Assembly: GCF_001194135.2 (NCBI RefSeq)
Contig: NC_068983.1
Coordinates: 31,941,858 to 32,005,857 of the forward strand
Source: Octopus bimaculoides
Taxonomy: Eukaryota
Direction: 5' to 3'
DNA: 64,000 nucleotides
The notes under the pieces were generated by a model. It had not been told where the DNA came from. It made no database searches and saw only the letters and a list, made by a program, of their open reading frames with translations. This document shows, in pieces, positions 14,401 through 24,141 of the stretch; the first letter of the stretch is position 1, and every line of letters begins with the position of its first letter. Made by a program: the position numbers and the translations under genes.

Positions 14401-17400
14401 NNNNNNNNNNNNNNNNNNNNNNNNNNNNNNNNNNNNNNNNNNNNNNNNNNNNNNNNNNNNNNNNNNNNNNNCTTTACACCGCTTAAATTGCCAAAGGAGT
14501 AAGTATAAACAGCTGAATACTTGTCAGTGATTGGTTGAAATTATCGAAATAAGACAATTTTTTACATGAAATTAATTCGAATACAAAAATTTTTTTCTGT
14601 TCTATAACACAAAATAGATAAGTATACGAAGTTTGAAAGTCTTTCGGTACCAAAAACACTACATAAAACATAAATGAAAACTGGTGCCCCGGTTTTGAAC
14701 AAGATCCGGACCAAGTACCTAACAGTAGCTAGTTACATTTGCTGACTTTACCTTTCATCCTTACGGAGTCGAAGAAAAAAGTACCAGTTGAGTACCAAGG
14801 TCAATGTAATCGACTTACCCCAGCCCCAGAAATTGCTTGCCTTGTGCCAAAATTTGAAACTATTATACTATTACGATAATGGTGAAGGTGGCGAGCTGGC
14901 AGAGCCGTTAGCACGCCAGACAAAATGCTCAGTGGCATTGGATTCATCTGAGTTCAAATTCCACCGAGGTCGACTTTGCCTTTCATCCTTACGGGGTCGA
15001 TAAATTAAGTACCAGTTGGTCACTAAGACCGATGTAATCGACTTACCCCTCTCACTTGAAATTGCTGGCTTTCAGCCAAAATGTGAAACCATTATCATTA
15101 TGATTGGTGATCGATTGGTTAATCATCAGAGCGTCGAACAAAATGCTTTGCAGCTCTTTAATAGTTAGTTAAATCCCACCAAAGTCAACTCTGCCTTTCA
15201 TCTTCTTGGGATCGATAAGATAAAATACCAATTAAGTACAATAATCGACTAATGCTTCCTCCAAATGTCTAGCTTCAACGAGTATTACTAAGAACAATGG
15301 ATAAAAATACCTAGTGGTATTTTATCCTTGGTTGTCCCTAAGTTCAATAAAATTACTAAAGTCAATTTTATTTGCTTAACGGCATTTCGTCCGTATGTAC
15401 GCTTTGAGTTCAAATTCCGATGGGGTCGACTTCACCTTTCATCTTTTCGGGGTCGATAAAAATTAGTAGTTGAGCTCTAGAATCGATGTAATCGACTTAG
15501 GCTCTCTCCCGAAATTGCTGGCTTTGTGCCAAAATTTGAAACCACTGTAGAACGTCCGTCAAAACCCTTGAAATATTTTAATCACGCGAGTTAAATTCCC
15601 GCTGTGATCGACTTTACCTGTCATACTTCCAGAGACGATAGAATAAAATTCCACTCGAAGAGTGTTACCTATATAATCAGTTGTTCACTACAAGTCGGCT
15701 GTCTTAAATCCGGTATTCTTTGGACCCAACCATTGTCGGACCGCAGAAACAGAAAATAACCTCTAAGTAAACAGTTCTGTTATCTCATTCCACATATATT
15801 GATGCTTTATCAAACTTAGAACCAATTTTGAAATCAATAAATATAATACGGCTTCCTAACAAGGTTTTTAATTTGCTTTGTGGAATATAAAGTCTACAAC
15901 AAACCAAAACTTCTATATGTGCTGGACCATGCATTGTGTGTCGATTTTACTAGATACAATCTGTATTACAAATTGTGCGACCTTGTGCCTATGCAAGAAA
16001 TCATGGTTGGTGGGTGACAGAACCAGAGGATAACCGAACAAAATGCTTCCGGATTAGATAAAATAAATTACTAGCCGTGTACTGCGGTCGCCTGTTTTCA
16101 TGCAAAAAAATGTTGAAACATTAGGGTGACATTCAAAAGACAAAGTAGAATAATTTTATGCGAACTCAGATAAAAATTAGAGCAAGAAGAAAAAAAGGTT
16201 ATAAGGAAAATCTAACAAGCTTTCAGATACGTTGGTAATCAACAAAAACTAACATGCTGAAAATAGATACTACCAGTTCAGATTACAGTATGAAGAATAG
16301 GAAACGAGGGAGTCTCCATGTGCTAGACATAGCAGCCAAGTTTCCCTAGACTAACACCCAACTGCCTCAAAATAAAGCGATACCTTACATAACCGGAATT
16401 TGCTGTCTAGAAAAAAAAATGGGATGGTTACGACTGAAATGATCACAGGTTTGCTTCATCAAGGCCGACTTGGCGCTAAACAACTTAACGAAAAAAAGAC
16501 AATACAGGTTGTTATTTTAGTTGTTTTCAGCTATTTAGAGAGGTGGGATGAAGTCACTGTCTTATACTTTACTCTCTCTCTCTCTCAGTTACAATCAATT
16601 ATAAAATATTTCTGGAGCCTCTACATTATCATCTTATTCGGTTATGAAATTTTGGAACAGTTATAAGAAATTATATTCAGACCTACTCTAAAAATCAAAG
16701 AATGTTGGAATTTTCTTCCCAAGTAGACATTATAGCTGTATTTGTTTTCTTTCAAACTTTTGTTGCGTTTTTTTTTTTTTTTACAGTTGACGCATACAAC
16801 TTATCTCAGATGACTCAACAGTACAAAGAAAAACCTAGTAAACTACCTGCTATACACATTGAATAACAACCGCACTGAAGTTTTCTAATATAATTAAGTA
16901 TTTTAATTTCAACAGTATGGTGAAATTTTAAAATTAAAAATAAACCAACTTAAGTTAGATTTAACACCCATTGTTTTATCTGCATTCTAATTCTCGACTC
17001 TTTTCTAAATTAACAAAAAATAATAAACCAAAATTAAGCTTAAAAACCGACATAATTTCACTCTTTTCATTAAAAATAGATTATATAAAAACTTCTTTGT
17101 ATTAAAAAGGAAGAGGGCGTGGTCTGACTAGATAGATTCATATGGCATGTCATAGTAATATCTGTCTAGTAGAAAACAGCCGCATTCATTTACAAAACTA
17201 TTCAGACAAAGAATAAAGAGCTATGAAGTTCAGTGTTAGTATATTAAAAATAAAATATGATGTGGAAATAAGAGAAAAATGTATCCACTTCTATAATATC
17301 AAAAGTAATATTTTAAGATCAAAATGCAAAACATCACCAATAATACTAACAAAAATGACAGGCAATTAGCCAAAAGACCAATTAAAATTAGAAGAGTTGA

Positions 17401-18090
17401 ATTGGGTTTTCCTCTCTAAAGCAAAAACAGAGCAATGAAGTTAGATCTCAAACACATACACACACATCTTTTTAAACACAAATTATAAGTATTTTGAAAG
17501 GTATGTGTGTATATAAATAAAATACATCTAGAAGAATTGTCTTCTGCATGTAATTTTATAGCAATATGTAGAGTTGCCATACAAATATGTGTAATATATA
17601 TGTGTTCAGAGACAGAAGAGTGAAGGAGCAATTTCAGATTCTTAAATAGTGTTTCAGAAGACTATGTAGTAATAGGAAAAAAATAACTGAAAGTTAATTA
17701 GTGCCATCATATTTTGTTTATTTAGTAAAAAGAACCATTGTTAACGAAATTTAGACAGACACTACATAACAGATCCGGGATTGGTCAATAACAATAAAAG
17801 GATAGATCTTAAAAAGTGGGGAAAGAAAGGTTAAGTGTGAAAGCCAAACTCGCCGAGATCGCGTGACAAAAATGTGCTTTTGAACATTTGAGCAAGTTCT
17901 AAGAACGATGGACACACAATGACAATTAAAAAACTACATTTTTGTCCTTCTGTCATCTTTTTTTGCTTTGATTTTTTTTCACGGTTTTAGGAATACTAAA
18001 ACCTTATAAGACGAATATACATGTTATTGTGTAATGTCACTGTATTCCTTTTGCTATTAATTGGGATAACGGAATAAGTTTACTCACCAT
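2244..18090 (-). CDS. ARPC4: Actin-related protein 2/3 complex subunit 4 (p20-Arc), complete spliced CDS
   Basis: Join (minus) 18088-18090, 6331-6449, 4941-5052, 3738-3833, 2244-2420 = 507 nt = 168 aa + stop. Translation [168 protein letters not shown] is nearly identical to ARPC4 as I recall it. All introns GT-AG and phases are consistent. Confidence 0.97.
3738..3833 (-). CDS. ARPC4: ARPC4 coding exon 4
   Basis: cag|GCT...GAG|gtaaga, 96 nt, [32 protein letters not shown]. Confidence 0.97.
4941..5052 (-). CDS. ARPC4: ARPC4 coding exon 3
   Basis: tag|A ACC...CAG|gtgaga, 112 nt, [37 protein letters not shown]. Confidence 0.97.
5690..6160 (+). mobile_element. CR1/L2-group LINE 3' remnant
   Basis: [19 protein letters not shown] resembles the RT-thumb motif L.LYK..VRP.LEY.S..W; degenerate. 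Confidence 0.6.
6331..6449 (-). CDS. ARPC4: ARPC4 coding exon 2
   Basis: cag|GCT...GTT AA|gtaagt, 119 nt, [39 protein letters not shown]. Confidence 0.97.
6560..6880 (+). repeat. Short interspersed repeat with RTE-like (GAT)n tail
   Basis: Ends ccaacccatgccagcatggaaa..ttaa..gatgatgatga. The same family recurs at ~7003, 26490, 29919, 32597, 34850, 36456, 39664, 40056, 44030, 45900 and 56100. Confidence 0.8.
7597..8626 (+). mobile_element. Tc1/mariner-superfamily transposon, DD37D (maT-type), degenerate, left end missing
   Basis: HTH ([24 protein letters not shown]), FIDEKKF (D at 7989), QQDSAPSH (D at 8270), [15 protein letters not shown] (D at 8384). Exactly 37 codons between D2 and D3. TIR-like end ...aattttgggacaccgtg followed by (GT)n. 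Confidence 0.85.
9100..10870 (+). mobile_element. Highly degenerate RTE-clade LINE
   Basis: Decayed RT motifs equivalent to D.EKAFDRVP (10271-10300) and GVHQGSVLSPLLF (10381-10430). Many stops; limits approximate. Confidence 0.6.
14041..14707. mobile_element. Non-autonomous DNA transposon (MITE) with 28-bp TIRs and 8-bp TSD
   Basis: TIRs 14041-14068 and 14680-14707 match at 26/28. TSD GGACCAAG at 14033-14040 and 14708-14715. Internal inverted repeat 14195-14222 / 14523-14550. Confidence 0.9.
14740..15680 (+). mobile_element. Cluster of about 5 same-orientation copies of a tRNA-derived SINE (OK-like)
   Basis: Repeated body gagttcaaattcc..gtcgactttgcctttcatcc..ggggtcgataaa..gtaccagt..gatgtaatcgactt. 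The copy at ~14883-15085 has the head aggtggcgagctggcagag. Confidence 0.85.
18088..18090 (-). CDS. ARPC4: ARPC4 coding exon 1 (ATG only)
   Basis: Minus strand reads cacaccATG|gtgagt (good Kozak context and strong donor). Exon 2 starts in phase 0 without a Met. Confidence 0.85.
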
Positions 18091-18789
18091 GGTGTGGGCA
18101 GTTGTAATTTACACACCAATCCTTCACTTCTCTCTTCCTCTATGTAACTGTGTTTCTATCTCTCTCTCTCTCTATCTAAATGTGTATCTATCTCTTTCCC
18201 TCTCTCTATCTAAATGTGTATCTATTCTCTTTCTCTCTTTATTTTTCTATGATTAGATAGAAAGAATTAACACTACTACAATCATTCTCTCTCTCTCTTT
18301 CTCTAATCCCCTCCCATTTTATTCAAATAGAGGCAAATCACGAGATTCTACGCGAGTCTCGCTCTCTCGGATTTACTCAAGGGAAGTTACTCTGTAAGAG
18401 ACCTGTCGTTAGTGTCCATCCTAACCGGTGTTAATTGCTACTTAAGATGTTCATATTCTTTTTAGAAGATAAACGGATGTTAGACGAGAGCTAATCCAAC
18501 ACTTTTCTCTTCATCTATCAAGGATTCAAAATGTTTTGTTTCATTAAGTAAATAACACGAAAATATTCGCTTCATCTTGTTTCTGACAGAACGCTAATCT
18601 ATTGCAATTCATTTTCTTAGAAACTATACATAGAAAACTGAAATATGTAGAATTACTGTCTTCTTCAGAGACTCAATGAAACGTGAGTGACAGATAAACA
18701 CCCACAATTTTTATCTATGAGTTTGTCCGTTCAGTTGTATTTATAACTTTTGCAGACCTTTCCGCCTCTTAACTGTGCAGTTTGAATGC

Positions 18790-19560
18790 TGTGGAGAGAG
18801 TTGGGTTATCAGTTCCGGTTACAGTGGAGGATAGACGGAAACAGAGTATGGGACAATCTGCATTCAGGTGCCACTTTCAACTCTTTCCTTGATCAATCTG
18901 ATCAATTTTCTAGGTATCGCTAACTTTCAGCTAGTGCAAAATTCTCGGGACTGGATTGATGCCCTGCCTGTGGCCAACATCGGAGGTCTGCTCAGTTTAG
19001 ATGAACTCCGCATCTCCATCGCGCTCAGAGTGGGAGCTGATGTCTATAGGAGACTGAGATGCCGCTGTAGCAGGCTCCTCGACCCTACAAGTATTCACGG
19101 TCTGTCTTGCCGCCTAAATGCTGGTCACTTCGCCCGTCACACCGAGCTTAAACCTCACCATTAAGCGAGCCCTGGCACGGATTAATATCCCCTCAGTTCT
19201 GGAATCAGCCGTCGGAGTTATCTAGAAGTAATGGAAAGAGACCAGATGGTCTTACTCTGTCTCTGGGTTAACGGTAGGGGCCTCATTTGAGACATCACAG
19301 TCTTTTGCATCGTGGATACTGCAGTTAATGAGAGGATCATTGCTTCCGAAGCCGAACAGAAGAAAACCCTGAAGTATCGATATCTGACAGTGAACTGTCT
19401 CTTCCAATCTGTGGCGTTTGAGACGTTCGGAGGGACTGGGCCACTAACCGCGAAATTCTTGTCACCGAAGTGTCAGGTGATGCCCGTGGTAATGCTGCGA
19501 GCGTGCTGGCTTGCTTTAGTAGGTTCCGTTAAACCTTGTGGTGTGCGACCAGTTGCTATG
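18790..19560 (+). mobile_element. CRE-clade (RLE-bearing) non-LTR retrotransposon 3' fragment, copy 1
   Basis: LDELRISIALRVG, CRC...HGLSC...GHFARH zinc knuckle, KRPDG...DITV endonuclease, RGNAASVL C-terminus; frameshifted. Confidence 0.8.
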
Positions 19561-20559
19561 ATAAAAAAAATTCCCCATAAATGGTTTCAATACTGTTTTA
19601 ACAGATTTGGAAGTATTAGATGAAAGTTCTCCGGTAATTTTCTTTCATATAAATAAATGTTTATGTTAATTTTAAAATTTGCCAGCAAAATCTTATAAAA
19701 TGACAATGTTCTAAAAGATGTACATGTTTATATGTTATATATGAAAACAATTTTCCACATGCCTACTAGTCTTTAAAGAATTTTCTGCATCGTCTTGAAG
19801 AGAACTGTAGTGGAGAAAATACGGTCTGGGTGAAGTGGATATTTATATAACATTTCAGAGACTGTTCTGCTGGAAGCAGAAGAGGGAGAGAAAACAACGG
19901 ACTTAAAAATGGAGAGATGGTGAATTTATACCAATTAACCGAAAGAATTCGACTGAATGCAGTTTTGCATGTTTGTGTGAGTATAGCAACAGCAATGTTC
20001 TAGGGATGTGAGCTGAATTAATGCGGGGTCCTTACTAACAGTCCAAGGCTGATGTACTTTGTAAGCCTAAAGAAGCATTGTCTTCTGCATGTAATTTTAT
20101 AGCAATATGTAGAGTTGCCATGTGAAATAATTAGAAATCGTAAAACCAAGCATTTGTATCCATTCTGAGAGTTTTAGTTGTTGATATCTAAGTAATGTGA
20201 GTGGATTTCACGTAAGCATAAACACTCACTTCGAGGAAGAATTTGGAATGTCAAGTATAGCCTGAACAATAAAGATGAGGGATGGGATATTTGTTTTTCA
20301 GAGAAGTCATTTGAGGTGAGCAGTTAAAGAAGGTAATTGAAGACAAAGTTGGTCGTCCTCAAACTTTATTTACTCACCATTTCTCTTTTACCGAAAAATT
20401 ATTTATCAGAAATAAACCACTACTATGTCAGTCAACGTTATCTTATCACCTCCGAATCGGGATATTGGGTGAAATTTTTTATTTATATATTTAAAAAAAG
20501 CCAAGTTTTTCAGGCTAAACTCGCTAAAAATTTACTTCTACTCACTCTTTCGCTACAAC

Positions 20560-21600
20560 TTGGGGTCTCCAAGTAAATAGCTCCAAATATGAGCTCTGGA
20601 TCCTCAACCACCCGGCTTCTCAACACCAACCAACTATTGACCTTTTTGCAGAGTCCTTCCCTTCCATTGCAGTCCCTCCCCGATCGGCTTGGTACTTCCT
20701 AGGAGCCTCAATCACTGACCTTGCCTTCCAGTCGAAGTTGGCTTCCTTTGAGCAATTGCTGAAAAATATTGAAGCTATCGAACCCCATCAAGGTTTTTTC
20801 ATACTTATGAATTACCTCTCGATCCCAAAGTTTCTACATTTGCTCAGAGTCAGCTCATCTTACTGATTCCCATCGCGCCTCCAACGCTTCGACAATCTAA
20901 TGCTTAGTCAATGTCAGACTCTCCAACGTCCTGCGACTAGGCTGCATTGCCCAATCGATTTGGAGATCTTGGTCTTCGTAAGTGTTCGTCCCTCGCTCTC
21001 ACTTGCTTCCCTTCTTCCACCCACACCTGCTCCACCCTAGTGAGCAACATCCTCTCCTCTCCAACATGGACCAGTTCCAACAAGGATTTGGATGAAGCTC
21101 TCCAACATTGGAGGGAATTGGGATTGTCTGCTCCTGAGGAGGTGGAGGACTGTCAGAGTCAGAGAGCTTTGGACAACATAATTTCAAAGGCCACCTTTGA
21201 CTCCCTCTACATCCAGTCGGACCAGTTTTCAAGGTGCCGCTTACTGTCTGCTAGCGCCAAATACTGAGGTGACTTGATTGATACTATCTCTGTGGATAAT
21301 GTTGGTGACCTACTCAGCTTGGACGAACTTCGTGTCCCCATTGCCTTCAGAGTGGGAGCTGACGTATGCATGGGTTTGATCTGTCGTTGTGGAAAGCTCC
21401 TCGACTCCACAGGCCACCAATACCTTTCTTGCCGCTTGAATGCTGGTTACTTCGTGCGTCATACGAAGTTGAACCTGATGCTCAAGAGAAGCTTGGCCCA
21501 GGCAAACATTCCCTCCAGATGCCTTGTCTGGGATGTCACAGTTAGCGACTCCTTTGCTTCTCACATCCTGGATGCTGCGATCAGGGCGAGATCAACAGTT
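20560..21600 (+). mobile_element. CRE-clade non-LTR retrotransposon fragment, copy 2 (RT C-terminal half to RLE)
   Basis: LGLQVNSSK, LP.RFGDLGLRK, WRELGLSAP, LDELRVPIAFRVG, CRCG...HQYLSC...RH, WDVTV. Clearly paralogous to copy 1 but lacks the RPDG segment. Confidence 0.8.
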
Positions 21601-21604
21601 TCTT

Positions 21605-21770
21605 ATTTCTTTATTGCCCACAAGGGGCAAACAAGGACAGACAAAGGGATTAATCGATTACATCGACCCAGTGCGTAACTGGTACTTAATTTATTGACCC
21701 CGAAAGGATGAAAGGCAAAGTCGACCTCGGCGGAATTTGAACTCAGAACGTAACGGCAGACGAAATACCG
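21605..21770 (-). mobile_element. tRNA-derived SINE (OK-like), B box/body/tail half of a split copy
   Basis: B box GAGTTCAAATTCC at 21732-21744 (minus). Same body as the 14.7-15.7 kb copies. Tail ...gggcaataaagaaat. Confidence 0.9.
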
Positions 21771-23384
21771 ATTTCTTTATTATCCATAAAGGGCTATACA
21801 AAGAAATTTTAAGACATCACAAAACATAAAGACAGTACAAAACGCAAACATAAAATCGGGGTAATTAAAATAAAATGATAATATGCAAGAATGAAAAAAA
21901 TGAGGCGTAATGTCCACTCGATCCACAAAGTCGGGTGGTTACATTTATCCAGTTTTTCACTTTTACGTTCAACGTCATGTAAACATTTTAACGGTTTTGT
22001 AACTCAAAAAATTCAAACAATCGCATTACCTTACTTCCATTAATCATTGTTACTTCCGTCCTTAACTGCAAATAATCAGTTCTAGGGGATGGTGTCTCCA
22101 CCAACCATACCCGTTTCGTTATTAAATTTTCACCAAGTTCTTTTATGTACTCCCAGAAGTTTCTCTCTTGTATCAAAATGCATTTCTCTGGCATTTTCAC
22201 TGTTATTGTTTCCTCCAACTTCTCGACTTTTCTCTCCATCTGCTCGCAATTCTCGTACTTTATCAAAACTCCCTTGTATTTCACATCTTTATCCGTTCTC
22301 TCCTCCTCTTCTTGTACATTATTAGATTCGGCTTTTTTAAAAATCTCTTTTTTGTTTTCTGTTGACCGTTCCTTTGACTTATTTTTCGTTCGCTTTTTAG
22401 GGTTAGTAGCTCCATTTTCGTTCTTATCCCTTGTTTTCTGTTTCACACTTCTGTCTCTCTTTTATTTCCTCAGTGTGGTCTACAATTCTTTCCTCCTCTG
22501 TTTGTGCTTTCTCTTGCTGTGGCTGTGTGAACTCATATAGGGGGCATTTGGTCTTCATGTGACCTCTTTCTTCGCATATGTAGCAATTTGGTTTCCTTCC
22601 CTCGACGACAACATTTAATGTTCTCTCATCCTCCACTTCTATCTGATAGGGAATTCTTTCTATGTCCTCGAATGTGGCAAAAAGCCACATTTCGAGTCCA
22701 AATCCCCACCATTTGTGCACTTTTGATTTTGCTACTAGTCCCAATTCCGGCTCCTCCTTGGTTGCAGCCAGCACTGTTGCGACCAGCCACTCTGGTTTAA
22801 TTTCTGGTGTAACTCTGGGAATACGTATTTTCACACTTCTTCTTCCTCTATAACTTGGTAGCAATGTTATTTATTCACTTCTTAAAATGTTGGTTGCATG
22901 CTTGATTGCCTCTTCTATAGTGGCGAACCTCACCTCAACCGTACCGAACTTTCTTCCTCTGTTGATGTACGTGGCTTCATTGACAATTTCACCCAGGCAC
23001 TCCTCGATTTCCTCTTCCGTTACCATTTTAATTTTAGAGGTTTCGACAGCCTGTGTACGATACACAACTGTCCTCAGAATTTTTTCTTCTTTAGTCTCTT
23101 TTGGGGGACACAATTTGTATGAGTCTCCCTCAACTTCTATCAAATTCCTGCTTCTGGTCACCTCCTCCATATCCAATTTGATTAACTTGGTTTCTAGCGG
23201 CACTGGCTTCCTCACCGCAGTGGCCTTGGCGTAGCTCTCCATACTGGAGACACTACTATTTGCCATAGCTGGGGGGGAAATGCAGTAGCTCACGTGAAAT
23301 GTAACCGTAATAATTCCACAAAAATCACAATTATTTACCGAGACAGTTTTCACAGAGTAACACAACCGTATTCACAGAGCCGTT
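21771..23384 (-). mobile_element. ORF1-only L1/Tx1-type element (HAL1-like); ORF1 with CCHC zinc knuckle, one nonsense codon and one frameshift
   Basis: ATG at 23266, in-frame TAA at 22871-22873, knuckle CYICEERGHMKTKC, frameshift near 22440, end at 21988. About 215 nt of 3' UTR and no ORF2. Flanked by ATACC at 21765-21769 and 23385-23389. Confidence 0.8.
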
Positions 23385-23437
23385 ATACCACGAAGCATTT
23401 CGCCCGGCGTGCTAACGTTTCTGCCAGCTCGCTGCCT
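23385..23437 (-). mobile_element. tRNA-derived SINE head (A-box half of the split copy)
   Basis: Minus strand AGGCAGCGAGCTGGCAGAAACGTTAGCACGCCGGGCGAAATGCTTCGTGGTAT matches the head at ~14883. Confidence 0.9.
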
Positions 23438-23504
23438 ATCAACAGTTTCACCGCGAGATCAGCAGTTTAGATAAAATCATTAAAAATATATACATATACA
23501 ATGA

Positions 23505-23732
23505 TAGATCGCTAGCCACTAAACCTTTTTCTATTTTCTCTCCCTGTTTATTTCTGTGTTCCTTTCTGTCGAAGAGCGTAGGCTCGAAACGTAAAAGACT
23601 TTCTCACTTCCCGAGCGTTAAACTAATTCATCTGTTCGTTGTTTACACACCCGTCTTCGGCTTTTGTTTTCTTGTAAATTCTCACTATACATATACAATA
23701 TTCTTGTAAATTCTCACTATACATATACAATA
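23505..23732 (+). mobile_element. Penelope-type terminal repeat fragment with a hammerhead-like motif
   Basis: CTTT-CTGTCGA-A-GAGC gtag GCTC-GAAAC-GTA-AAAG at 23562-23597, followed by a 2x ~31-bp tandem repeat at about 23669-23732. Confidence 0.55.
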
Positions 23733-24043
23733 TCATACGAGAACAGGTGTAATATAATTAGCATATTAAAAATTCCGAATTACTGGGATTAATTATTCGG
23801 GGAAGCTGTATACAGGAATAACAAGAATTAATATAAAATTAGCATATTTAATATAATGAGCATAAGATGCCTATTTAGAAAAAGGTTATATAGTGTGAAA
23901 ACACATTAGCTTAATTATTTACATCGACTTTCTATCATTAGAATACCTTCCAGAATCTGTGATTCTTGGAAATTAGAGAATTCTAAATACAAGGGAAGTC
24001 ACTCAGCTTTTTTTTTTTCTCCATTATACCCACTTGTATCATT

Positions 24044-24141
24044 ATGGACGCGAAGTACGACCATTCCCTTATGGGCATCTTGCAACAAGAGGGACAATTG
24101 GGCTCATTTTTAGATGTTATCATGGGATTTCTATATCGAAG
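24044..24141 (+). CDS. NUDCD3: NUDCD3 exon 1
   Basis: MDAKYDHSLMGILQQEGQLGSFLDVIMGFLYR + AG|gtaaaa. Confidence 0.92.

Noticed and set aside
22089-23234. Several plus-strand hydrophobic ORFs (78-131 aa)
   Set aside because: Antisense shadows of the purine-rich ORF1.
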